Assembly (NCBI GenBank): GCA_030141605.1
Contig: JAQGDQ010000395.1
Location: 62,001-126,000, forward strand
Reading direction: 5' to 3'
DNA length: 64,000 nt
From: Tubiluchus corallicola
Taxonomy: Eukaryota > Animalia > Priapulida
Shown: in pieces, positions 1 to 12,384 of the stretch
Layout of the letters: every line of letters begins with the position of its first letter
Numbering within the stretch: the stretch's first letter is position 1
The notes under the pieces: generated by a model
Seen by the model: the letters and a program-made list of their open reading frames with translations, nothing else
What the model was told of the DNA's origin: nothing
Databases searched by the model: none
Position numbers and translations under genes: made by a program

Positions 1-830
1 GTTGTTCGACCTACTTAGTCATGAGTAAAGATTGATGATGTAACCTCTATGCGCAGAAGCCTAGTGCGCATTAGGAAATTTGACAAAAGGAATTCTAGGC
101 CCGCACCTCGGACAGATTAGGAGCTGCCTTGAAGACGGAAGGCTGGCATGTGTATCTCATTCTGCATACTGTGTCTACGTTTGACATTTAATAAATGTGT
201 AGTTTGATAAATAAAGTCTTGGCAGTTTGCCATGCCCGTCGCGGCTGTTCCACACCCCACCATCCACAGCCACCACCACGAACAACAGCTACAACCACAA
301 TCATAAACAGACTTTATTTTACTTTGTTTCAAACTGTTTAGAATCATCTGCCTGTACATGTGCGACTGTTTACACGAGAGATTAGATGAGGTAGACCCAG
401 AGGTCTACAAATGATTTTCTGCTTTGGTGGTTAAGCTAAGTTGCAGGAGTGACCCACGTCCAGCAACTTTTCATCTAAAAGTTTGCTCGCTATGACACGG
501 TTAACATTTCCTTTCAAACATCCGTTTATGATATCAAAGTTTGCTTGTTTGCAGTCGTAGATAACCTATTTTGCCGCAGTAGTGTCTTGACACAGTCATA
601 GAAATTCCTTTAGGGAAAGAAATATAATGTTGTGCCTTTATTGTAGTTCAAATTTCACAATAGAGGATAATCTTAGTACAATTTTTAATACAAAATTGAA
701 TTAAACTGAATTACGGCGGCAAATCTTACCTGATGTGTACTAAACCCAAACTTTAAATGAGAATTTACGAAGCAAAAATTAAAGTAATGACTCAGTATTT
801 AATGGGATAAAAAATCAATAGGTGTAAATG

Positions 831-1197
<367 letters not shown>

Positions 1198-1448
1198 GTG
1201 TGTGTGCATAAAAACATATAGTTAGCTATATTTATTCTCATTTTTTTTAGTTTAAGTACAGACATGAATCTGATCTAATATTAGCATGTTGAGGCCCTTC
1301 TGTTCACTTTCACGACGTTAATTATATTAGTGATGCTGATGCTGGGGCACAATAATTAAGCTAATGGGAGGCAAAAGAACTGCAGAGAAACATCAGTCGT
1401 ATTTCGCTTTATTTCTGATAGGGAAATAATATCAATAAATATCTATAG

Positions 1449-1741
1449 ACATTACATTGCATTGCATCGCATCGCATCGCATCGCATCGCATCGCATCGC
1501 ATCGCATCGCATCGCATCGCATCGCATCGCATCGCATCGCATCGCATCGCATCGCATCGCATCGCATCGCATCGCATCGCATCGCATCGACACGACACGA
1601 CACGACACGACACGACACGACACGACACGACACGACACGACACGACATGACATGACATGACATTACATTACATTACATTACATGACATTACATTACATTA
1701 CATTACATTACATTACATTGCATTGCATTACATTACATTAC
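1449..1741. repeat. Compound pentanucleotide microsatellite (CATCG/CACGA/CATGA/CATTA)
   Basis: Direct inspection. Confidence 0.97.
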
Positions 1742-1870
1742 ACGAAACACTGTCTGTAAACATACATGCACGTTTGCTTCGTCGAGTTGGCTATGCTGCT
1801 TCATTCATGTCAAGTCTTCCTGTTTCCAAGCTAAGAACCACGCTTAGTGATTTATTTGTTTACATTATAG

Positions 1871-1987
1871 ATGAAGATGCTCCTCAGCTGCTTGGGCTGA
1901 AAAGTTGGCTTCATTTGTTGGTACTGACAGCTACAGTTATGGCAGTTTTAGTTATCTGGATGATGCAGAGAAAACGAAAAACGGCGT
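1871..1987 (+). CDS. TM-encoding exon of the uncharacterised gene (DEDAPQLLGLKSWLHLLVLTATVMAVLVIWMMQRKRKTA)
   Basis: attatag| acceptor, |gtaagt donor, 117 nt; hydrophobic helix followed by a basic stop-transfer cluster. Confidence 0.75.
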
Positions 1988-4900
1988 GTAAGTAAGTTTA
2001 CCCTAAAATAAAAGAGAGGTGCGTTTACTTGTCGAAAAGATTTGAATTCAAATAAAGTTTATGATATTTTCTATGTTATAATTGGCTAGTAGCAATTTGT
2101 AAAACTTCAAATGGTTCGATAAATTACTTATGGTGTTTTCCAAAGCCAAAACTGCCTAAAAAGTCATTCACTGACTACAATATTAGCTGCAGGCAGGTCA
2201 CATTTGATCCCCCCTCCCTTTCCCCTGCTTCTCCTTCACGGCCACCTTCTCCCTCAAATTCTAGTATTTAAAGGAAAACCAACCGGACGATTGTGTAGAA
2301 ATTAGTATGTTCTAAAACATTGAAAACTACAACAGCTTTTTTACATCAAAGCTCTGCTTAAATAATAATTACCTCGGATAGGAAAATTTTGTTAAACTTT
2401 CAAAGCTACGCGCGGCTCAGTGAATTCACTAAGATTGGCAGCGGCGCCTTTTTGTCACATTCGCGTGGCCGGAAAATAGGCGCGTGGTACCTTAACAAGC
2501 ATGATCATGAACTGCAGTGTTGTCTGTGACGTCAGTGTGACGTAGAGCTCATATTCGTGACATCACATCAGCGTCTTATAGCAATCTTCACTTACACAAA
2601 CGTGCTTGATGCGCAGGGAAGATGCCTACCATTGCACAAGCTGCGGTTAGTTTGTGACGTAAGGGATAGCTGTGTTCGGTTGACGTTAATTAACTTTCCA
2701 AGGTAATCATTTAAATATTAGAAACAATTGCTAACTTGTATAGGCAAGAAAATGTATCTTTTGGACAGTAAATTAAAATGAAATTGAGTCTAAACAATCG
2801 TCCGGTTTTCTGTAATCTATGACCTATATGCGGTTTTAGTTTCAGCCAAGCCCTAAGAATGGCACAGTTCTAGTGTTTTCCATGATTTTGTGACCAGTCC
2901 TACGGAAAACTGGCCTTAACCACGGCCATTCATGCGTTTTAAATAATTATTTTTACGCAATTTCATAATCTACGGATGTTTCTACTGATCTATCTTAAGT
3001 TAGGTTTTTTTGAAAAATTTTGAACGCACAAAAATAAAAAGTTTATTGTAGCTAAAACCTTGCTCAAGTAGGATAGACTTGTTTAGCTAGAAACACTTCT
3101 AAATGCTGCATCTGCTTTAATTATATGTTTAATGCTTAGTGTGTGTCTCGTGAGCGATTAAACTTTTTGAGGCTTTTTTCATATCCTTGGAAGCAGCCGG
3201 TAGGGTAATTCGCATTTAAGTGAAAAAGCATTAATTCGTTCATTCATTCACTCGTTCGTTCATTCGTTCATCTGTCCGTCCGTCCGTTTAAATAATTAAA
3301 AATGACAGTGCTCAGCAACCAGAACTTGCAACGTTAGTAAAGAATCAACTACAATTTCTTTTACAGTGTCAACAACAACCCCTGAAAAGCAAGACACGCC
3401 TGCAGAGAACAATAATACGAAAAAGGTACGTTCAGTTAGGTTTTCGAGGGCATTTCTTTGTTTGTTTTTCATTCTTCACACCGCGCGCACAGTAAATGGT
3501 AAAATTTATTTTAAATATGCACACTAATTAGATTTTTCATACCTAAACTGTCACCAAAAACCTGAAAATGTTACATATTTGCACAAAGATCTAGCTTAAA
3601 CAGGTCGGGATTTGGTAGTCAACTTACGTCATACGGTAGCGGCAATATTGAATTTTGTGAAAACGGTACTTTAGAGGTCGCTTGTCTGTTTTTCTAATTC
3701 TTGTGTTCATGTCTAACGACATGCCAAATTGCAAAAACGAGGCAGAAAATAGACAATTGTTGAAATTTATGGCATACGTCCACCCGGTCACAAGTGAAAA
3801 CTGATGTTGTAATAATGAAATATTACAGAGGATGTCACAGAAATTGGTAAGAGGTGTTCACAAGATCAGTACAGTAAAATACATTGAAAAGCTACTGCAT
3901 GAAATCGACAATAACCACGCGTTTGTTTCAGGTATGATGAGACTCTGGCGTCGAAAATTGAAGTTTGTTAGTGCTTATCTTTACTATTGTTGTGGAGATC
4001 CAGTAGAATTAAATAGAATATTGTAGAATGTTCTATAGTATTGTAGAACAATCTTCTTACCTTGTAGAATGTTCTATAGTATAGTAGAACAATCTTCTTA
4101 CCTAGTAGAATGTTTTATAGTATTGTAGAACAATCTTCTTACCCTGTAGAATGTTCTATAGTATTGTAGAACAACCTTCTTACCCTGTAGAATGTTCTAT
4201 AGTATTGTAGAACAATCTTCTTACCCTGTAGAATGTTCTATAGTATTGAACAATCTTCTTACCCTGTAGAATGTTCTATAGTATTGTAGAACAATCTTCT
4301 TACCCTGTAGAATGTTCTATAGTATAGTAGAACAATCTTCTTACCTAGTAGAATGTTCTATAGTATAGTAGAACAATCTTCTTACCTTGTAGAATGTTCT
4401 ATAGTATAGTAGAACAATATTCTTACCTAGTAGAATGTTCTATAGTATAGTAGAACAATCTTCTTACCTAATAGAATGTTCTATAGTATTGTAGAACAAT
4501 CTTCTTACCTTGTAGAATGTTCTATAGTATAGTAGAACAATCTTCTTACCTTGTAGAATGTTCTATAGTACAGTAGAACAATCTTCTTACCTCTGTAGAA
4601 TGTTCTATAGTATAGTAGAACAATATTCTTACCTAGTAGAATGTTCTATAGTATAGTAGAACAATCTTCTTACCTAATAGAATGTTCTATAGTATAGTAG
4701 AACAATCTTCTTACCTAGTAGAATGTTCTATAGTACAGTAGAACAATCTTCTTACCTTGTAGAAGTTTCTAGAACTTTCTATTTCTAGATTATTCCCTGG
4801 CACTGATATATAAGGTGGAGCTGGCTGCTGAAGTTTATTCTCTTGTATCCTCGTATTCTCACATTCTCAGATACACTTTCACGTTTCCAGATTATGACAT

Positions 4901-7900
4901 TTAGTATAAACATTTCGCGTTCCTTCATACTTTTGTGTTGTAGAATTCTCGCATAATAAACTAGTTTAATTTGATGAAGTGTTTTCTGGTTTTCTCTACG
5001 AGCCTTTCGAGAGAAACAAAACACAACAACTATCAAAATGTAACTGATTAATCTTGAATTTAAGATCTTAATCTTTTTTTCACTCACTTTCAGAATTCGT
5101 TTCAATTGTTTTTTTCCAAGTGTGCACAAAATATCCAAGTTGCTGTTTCAGATGAAGCATGATGGTTTCGTGAATTGATCATTCCAGATTTTGCCCAAGT
5201 TAGCACATTTTCCACTCTTTCCCACAAATTATCTGATATGTTGTACAAATGTTACTATTCTTGCAAAGCAGACTTAACGTGTGCTCACCAAGAAAACAAG
5301 AATATTTTTAGATGTCTTTACAAACAAATTTCGAATTTATGTGTTACTTTTAATCTAAAGAACAAAATAATGTCAAGCACCAGGAATCCACAATCTAAAT
5401 ATTTTTCGTTTTTCAAACCTGCTTCGCAGTTTTTAATGCAAATTTTAAAATTAAGCAAGAAAAAACCAACTTTTCCCTTCGGCACGCAAAGCTAAGGACC
5501 GAACGCGGCAATTTACGCATCTTTCAAAATTAATAAAAGTACTGCAGTCTGCTAAAGTTTCCACATGTTTCATGGATACTGCTGGCTACATGTAGAAACG
5601 CTGCGTGCTGTATCAAGACTGAACACGCTGGAATAAGATTTTCCAGATACTATATCGTAAAACAGGGTGAGTTCGCCACCCGAGGGTGAGTTCGCCACCC
5701 CTTACGTAATGGCCTAGACTTTATGGAATAGACTTTGTCAAATCATTCGCCCGAAGGAACAATCCGGTTTTCAGAGTGGCTGGCAACATCAAGGCCGCCC
5801 GCGATAAGATCAGTGCACAAGACGTTCAAGCCTTCCTTGCCAACGTAGAAGTTTCTATTTGAAAACTAAAACTAGCATTTTTCACAATTTTTTCATAGGG
5901 TGGCGAACTCACCCCCAACCAGCCAATCACAACCAGTTAACTTCAGCAGCCTAGAATGGCATTAAACAGTGTTAAATTGTTACTGGCGAATTCACCCCAC
6001 AATAGTGTTTCATTCGAAAGGCAATATAAAGCTTGAACTAAGAAAATCGGTTGGGTCTCTTGCTATGGCAGGAAACGTAAAAATACCCCTAAAAAGTGGC
6101 GAACTCACCCCGTTTTACGGTACTGTACAACATAACATAAGATTTCGTTTGTTGCGCATGACTATACGAATAAACACTAATGTGTACATTTTGTAATTAT
6201 TACTAGCTACAAAGTTTAGTTCGGCTAACATACTTGAGTTTCATTTAACTTATTCAAGTATATATTATACAATATAATCATATGCTGGTCCTTTTAGGTG
6301 GTAAATTTTCCGGTCTTTCTAGTGTAAAAATTGCCTGCAGAGCTGGTAACATTCTCAATATTCAGTAGGTATAAGTGCCTGAAGGTTTTATATGATTTAT
6401 TAAAAATGCATGACGTTTTCAGCGGATAACAAGTTGCGTTGTCACCTACATAAATGATGAATTATTAAGTCACGAGTTACGGCACAGTACTGAAAAAATG
6501 TCTAAGTGCTAGTTAATCATTAGTGCACACAAGAATACAAATTATTATGTTCCCTAGTCTGCAAACTACTACATCTACAAATCTAGTGAAATGAAAGTGC
6601 TAGAAAACAAGTGCTACAGATTACTACGTTACACTAAAAAAGCTAAAATGCATACATACATTGTTGGTCCAATATTGAGTCGAGAAAAAGCCAGAATGTC
6701 AGTAAAAGATAGCAGTATAATTATAAGACAATTTTTAAATGCAACAAAGACGTGCGTACATGACAAGTTCCACCTATACAATGTCAGAGTAGAAAAAGTA
6801 GTCTAGAGGTTGAGCTACAGTCTAATATGTTGTGGCTTCTAATGCATATACTACCTTGAGAAGAGGTAATGGACCAAAACATTTGCACCTGCAACAACTT
6901 AGTATGTCAACAATTGCTAACAAAACAATTTGTTATCCATAACAATAAGCTTTCGTTATTACTTTCCAAAACTCAGCAATCTAAGTGATTTTTTCTACTT
7001 GCAGAAGTTGGAATTAAGCGAAAGTGAAAAAGTTCACACTGAAAGCCTTCGGCAACGGATCCGGGTTGATGGACTATCACCCTGGGGAGGGCAGTCTCAA
7101 AAAACGCCCACACCTGATGTAGGTTTCAATAGGTCCATTGAGAAAATCCTGTGAAAACTTTCGACTGTTGACTGTGAATTTGAAATACGAACTTAAAAAA
7201 GTGTGGAATGTCAATGTGTCAAAATGATTACTGGCCTGGTTACTTTCTTATACTTTCTAAAACACTAACTCTTTCACTTCCTAAGTAAGAATCTAACCAA
7301 CTGACTGGCCAGCTCCTTAAAATGATTTAAAGCTGCTTAATTTGGGAAACTGAGTGCCCTAAAACTAATCACTTTGGGTACATTATCGCTCAAAGCTGTT
7401 TTAGTTAGTTCAGCATGTTAATATTCAAAAATAAAAAAGTGAAAATGACCATAAATCTCAAAAATTGTTTATTTTTTGGGAGTTTTCGTCTCTCTCTCGG
7501 ACTTCAGCTGCACAGAAAGATACAATAATTAAAATTACATATGAAACTACGCATGAAAACTAAATTAAAAAAGTAATTCAGAAAAGAAGACAAAAATTAA
7601 ATTGACAAACATACCTGACATCCATTAGATATAGCAAGATCTTGAAATATAACCAAATGTGTCCATTTTCTTAATTAGTGATTTTACTGTTTCTTTTAAT
7701 TTAGTTTTTAATTAATGTAGTACAGCCTCTTCATGTGTCTGTACCCTTTATTTTACTGACATTTTACACCTTTATTTTATACGTTGTTTTATCTGTAATT
7801 TTTTATTATTGTATCTTTCTTTCCAACTCATGAAGTCCGAGAGAACGAATGCTCCTGAAAAAATAGAGAATTTTTGAGATTTTTGGGCATTTTGAGTTCT

Positions 7901-10900
7901 TTTACGATTATGACCATGGCAAGGCTCAGAAGAGCTACTATCTTACACTCAAAACTATAGTTTGTGGAAGGTGCCCTACTGATGAACTAGGGAATTAAAA
8001 TTGGGTGTCTCTGGCAGCTTTTTAAAGGAACGCTAGACGATCGTCCAGACGTTAATGCGAAATAAATTATGCTCTAATTTACTGCTGAAAACTACAACAG
8101 CTCTGTTTTTAAATCACAGCTTAAATTAAATTATTTCGGATAGTTAAATTTTGTTAAATTTTCAAAAATACGTGCGAATCCGCTGGCAATGGCAGTTTTT
8201 CGTCACATCGCCTGGCTGACGAATCGGCGCGGTACCTTTTCGCGACATCGCATCAGCATCTTATAGCAATCTTCGCTTACGCAAACGTGCTGACGCACAG
8301 GGGAGGTGCCTACCATTGAGCAAACTGTGGTTAGTTTGTGACGTAAGCGATACCTGTGTTCGTTTGCTGGTAATCAACTTTCCAAGGTATTCAAATATTA
8401 GAAACAATTGCTAACTTTTATAGGCAAGAAAATGTAAATTTTTGGACAGTAAATTAAAATGAGATTGAGTCTAATCGATCGCCCGGTTTTACTTTAAGAT
8501 TCATTCATTTAATTAGCAGAAAGTTCGTGATTAGCGTCAGACGAACCACCAAAGAAACTTAACTGCATGAGTGTGTAATTGTTTTAATGTAATTGTAGAC
8601 TTATTGACTACAAAACATTTCAGATTATAGATTATAGGTTTCAAGATCTTTTCCCTAAATTTGCTAATAGTATATTGTTAACTACTAATGCTACCTACCC
8701 ACTAATGATAAACGGTGCGCGCACTTGCCACGTAGTGGTATGTAAATATTTAAACTTGTGTTTACACCTCATTGTCGACAATAGTCTTTACGCTTAGTTT
8801 GATGTGGCTATGTCGTAGATATCGTTAACTAATTAAGATTATTTTCATTATTCTATGCAAGAGCTAATATACTAATACACTATGTAAATATTATTATTGT
8901 TCTAAGGAAATAAAATATATCGAGTTCAAATCATTTTGCAGTGGAATCTATTGTAGCAGCTTATGGATATTCCATAGGAGATATAATATTGCGAAACTCA
9001 TCTCAGCGTGTAATGCTGCTCTTAGTAAATTTTTTAAATATTACGAATTAGGTACGAGAAGGTCTTATATATGTGCATGTAATATAGGGTTTACCTGGCA
9101 AATATAGACCTGCGTTAACTCAAGTGTAGATTTAGGTAATTCAAATGTGTCTTAGTAACTCAAATGTAGACTTAGGTAGTTCAAATGTGTTAGCAATGGT
9201 TTTCAAGAAATCTTAAGCGTTTTTGGTAAGTCAAATGTAGACAAATGTAAAGTTTAAGGATGTTAAATTAAATTTTCTTTAATTTCAATTCAATAATTGC
9301 TCTTAAGTTAAAATAACAACGTTGTAGGTTCACTAATATTCTGCAAACTTTACATACCATTGGAACTGTTAGAGAAAACAATACATTATTAAAATAAACA
9401 ATGTTTTTTGAGAGAAACTAATTCATTAATGCAGTGCTAATGCATTACTTAAAATACTAATTAGTGATTCACTGTTCATTGGGAAGTGGGAACCGATTTA
9501 TTCTTTTCTACAGACGTCATGGTTTATCAAAGAATTTCGTTTGAGGATAAACAACGTATTTTTCAAAGTTCTGAAAGAAGTGATGACTATCTTTGGTTTA
9601 TCTTTTTGTAATTTGCACTTAAATGAATTAATTACTGATTTATTAAAAGTAATGCATCTACATTTGACTTACCTAAGTTATCTTAGAGTTACCAAAACAC
9701 ATTCGAAATTCCTATGTCTACATTTGACTTACCTAAGTCACATTTGAACTTTCCTATGTCTACATTTGACACTTTAAAATATTAAGAGCTGCTTTAGTTT
9801 AAGAAATCGTGAACTTACAAGTAGTAATGACATTCTAGTTTGTGGTTGTATGAACTCTGATGTCTTATTTGAGTCTCCAGTGGTGAAACACAAGCTATGC
9901 GATGATTTTAAGTTGCAATAATTTTTAGGCAAAGTATTTTTAACATTTGTTTTAGAATTTTAATTAATAATTTTTGATCTTTTTATCATTTTTATGTGTG
10001 TTATAAATGTGTGTAATATAGTACCATTTATGCTGTATTAAAATAAAAATTAAATTAGCTTGAATTAAATTAATTAATATTCAAAATTTGAAATTCACCC
10101 GGATCAACATGTGAACAATTTTTAGTAGCAGCGCAATAACAACTTCACGTTTACTTTGTATCGTCAAATTTCTAAATTCAGTAATGAGTTTAGATTAGAC
10201 TTAATAGATTTATTTCGCAATAAACATATACATATACATTACATGTGCATCGATAATCAGTTTTTGTTAATACAAAAATATGGTACAATTCATCAATTCT
10301 GCGCTAGAGACCTAAGAAGCTAGCTTATGGTAGGTCACTAGAATCAGTTACGAAAAAAATACAATATATACAGATACAATATTACAATATATACAAATAT
10401 AAATACGTGTGGGAAGTAATAAAAATATTATTATACTAGAGGGGAAGTTTTTAAAAGAGAAAAACAAATCATGATATAATTTCTGTTATTAGTTACATGT
10501 AAAGCATTTTCTAAACGTTATTGTTGTTATTATTACAGAATAAGTTGCCAGAGGAGTGGCTGAATTCTGTTATTGCTCAGAAAAAGTCAAACGCTAATGA
10601 TGTGTTTCAAAGCTCCACTCCTAGCTTAACTACAGAGACACCTACCGGGAAACCAAGCGAAAACGTGAAGCCATTAGATAAAGCGAAACCGGTAGATAAA
10701 AACAGCCGACAGCTGCCGAGCGTAAATAAACAGCTCTTGGAGGAGATTGGTAATTTCAACTTTCGCAAAGAAGCCATCGCTGGCAAAGAAGCCAAAGCGG
10801 AAGTCAACGGAGGCTTAAGCAGCAACAAACAAATGAACCGTTCAGAAAGACGAGTCTCGTTTGGCAAAACAAATGGCGATGACCAAAAAACACCGGCCAT

Positions 10901-12384
10901 TGCATCTTCAGATGAAGAATTTGAGCTTTTAGAAGCTGCTGCTGAAAAAGAAGAATCGGTGACGTCACCTAATTGTTTACTATCCGAACCAATAATCAGA
11001 AACAGTGCATTGTCAAATAACTTACAAAATGCTCCTTCGAGCGCAGCGACGTCTCGGCCCCATGCAAGTGCACTTCCAGTTCCTGTTAAAGGACTCGTTC
11101 CGAAACGAGTGACTGGCGGCGGAGCAGAAAGACCGATGAAGTCTCGCCTTCCGGCACCAAAGAGTCGCTTCAAAAAAGTATTTTGTTGCATTGTAAGCCA
11201 GCGCCATGCATGCACCTAATTTTCCTACCGCTGACTTCTGGTGAAAGTTTAGAATCAATTTCTCATGACGTCATCGGTTTCTGCATGAGCTTCATGACGT
11301 CATCGGTTTCTGCATGAACGTGAGACATTATAGGTGCAGGTTACATACATTGTGCTGGCTTATTATTTTGATTCTTAACTGTGAATTTTTTTACCGAGGC
11401 AGATTGATATTCTCACCTATTTTAAACCATAAAAAATGCAGCTTTAAATAATTAAACTTGGATTACATTTTCAAAGTTATGGTCAATTCTAGGAGATATG
11501 AATTTTTGAGAACAACTGGATCAATTTTGTTTTATTTTTAGTAAATCTGTCTGAAATCACTTTAAGCATGAAATCATGTAAACAGCACTTACATTCTGGT
11601 CGACCGGTGAACTGTAGGTTATTTCTCTTGCTGTGAGGTACGGGGCTTCTATGATAAGTCTTTACACAGTTCCAGCGATTGATAATGATTATGAAAAGGT
11701 CAAAGGTTAAGTCCAGCAGACAACGCATTTGTGTACACTTGGCAACGCCTCGCAGCCTTAGCTGTTATAATAGTAACAGTTTTAACAATTAGTTAGAACC
11801 TTACTTAGTTCATTTATTCTTGTTCTCAAGCAATCTCCTGCTAGTAAATCACTCTACACACAGACTAATGCATAGTCAAGTAAAGTCCACGTAAAACAAC
11901 TGAATTATTTAACTGGTACGGCAACCGGCTTTGCTTTACACACGTCACGTGACGGTTGTAGTTAAGACGCGTTACTGTAGTACACTTAACCGTTGACCTA
12001 CAGCAACTGCGCGTGCGCACAACGAAACTGTGAAAAGGCTTATTCTCTTTAAACTTATTGTTCTTTTGAAAATGATGGTTCTTTTTTTGCGTACCAAGAT
12101 TTTAGGTGCATAAAGGTAGCTGCTGCTGCCACCTATATGACAGATGCGTTATTATATTCAATGCTAATTATAGCAACGAATAATATAATATAATCTGCAA
12201 TGATGGCTTAAATAACAAAAACTAATCAAGTATCAACACATCTTAATTACATACTTTATTAGTTTTATTAGTATCTTTATGATTTTTATTACTAATAATT
12301 TTGTTTTTTATTTTATTTCAGAGCTCAAACGAATATCCGACTAATAAAGACAATCGACCATATAACTATTCGCACTCTCAATAG
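1871..12384 (+). CDS. Uncharacterised single-pass membrane protein with long disordered tail, 5'-partial: join(1871-1987, 3367-3425, 7005-7118, 10539-11192, 12322-12384)
   Basis: GT-AG exons with compatible phases (1-1, 1-0, 0-0, 0-0, 0-stop). TM helix WLHLLVLTATVMAVLVIWMM is followed by QRKRK. Extra micro-exons near 3829-3846 and 3932-3966 are possible. The last exon and the donor choice (11192 vs 11177 vs read-through to the stop at 11219) are uncertain. Confidence 0.65.
2272..2811. mobile_element. MITE family C (TTAA-type), copy 1
   Basis: Inverted ends ccggacgattg / caatcgtccggttttc; homologous to 8026-8493. Confidence 0.8.
3367..3425 (+). CDS. Small exon of the uncharacterised gene (LSTTTPEKQDTPAENNNTKK)
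   Basis: tttcttttacag| acceptor, aag|gtacg donor. Confidence 0.65.
4022..4764. repeat. 41-bp minisatellite, about 18 copies
   Basis: Unit tgtagaatgttctatagtattgtagaacaatcttcttacct. Confidence 0.95.
5655..6120. mobile_element. Tc1/mariner (pogo-like) MITE
   Basis: ta|tcgtaaaacagggtgagttcgccac ... gtggcgaactcaccccgttttacgg|ta; about 25-bp TIR, TA flanks, internal copies of the TIR motif. Confidence 0.85.
7005..7118 (+). CDS. Exon of the uncharacterised gene (KLELSESEKVHTESLRQRIRVDGLSPWGGQSQKTPTPD)
   Basis: ttttttctacttgcag| acceptor, |gtaggt donor, phase 0-0. Confidence 0.7.
7331..8021. mobile_element. Foldback element with long imperfect inverted arms (TTAA-type)
   Basis: 7442-7530 is the inverted complement of about 7803-7893; outer ends ttaa|agctgc and gcagct|t..ttaa. 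Confidence 0.65.
8026..8493. mobile_element. MITE family C, copy 2
   Basis: TTAA on both sides; internal sequence collinear with 2272-2811. Confidence 0.8.
9087..9780. mobile_element. MITE family D, inverted copy
   Basis: Reverse complement of the family D body; right terminus degenerate. Confidence 0.8.
10539..11192 (+). CDS. Large exon of the uncharacterised gene; S/P/K/E-rich disordered region
   Basis: Longest non-repetitive ORF in the window (10521-11219), GC-richer than flanks, ttacag| acceptor, |gtaagc donor. Confidence 0.85.
11656..12041. mobile_element. MITE family E (AT-flanked, short imperfect TIR; possibly ISL2EU/PHIS-type), copy 1
   Basis: at|aagtctttacacag...ctgtgaaaaggctt|att; homologous to copies at 15992, 20741 (inverted) and 53132. 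The superfamily is inferred only from the AT flanks. Confidence 0.8.
12322..12384 (+). CDS. Probable terminal exon of the uncharacterised gene (SSNEYPTNKDNRPYNYSHSQ*)
   Basis: Strong acceptor ttttatttcag|; phase-0 reading ends in TAG. Another frame stays open to a donor at 12433, so the assignment is uncertain. Confidence 0.45.
   Translation, partial: SSNEYPTNKDNRPYNYSHSQ

Noticed and set aside
28-120. Short frame resembling a LINE ORF1 fragment (RIRKFDKRNSRPAP)
   Set aside because: Too short and degenerate to support a call.
3829-3966. Micro-exons 3829-3846 and 3932-3966 in the plus-strand gene
   Set aside because: Splice-like sites are present but phases can be reconciled in several ways; left out of the model without transcript evidence.
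9541-9747. Apparent paralogous small proteins at 9541-9747 and 58156-58362
   Set aside because: Both lie in copies of MITE family D; the similarity reflects the repeat and there are no transposase motifs.
10607-11215. 202-aa antisense ORF
   Set aside because: Shadow of the plus-strand exon; no recognisable protein or splice signals.
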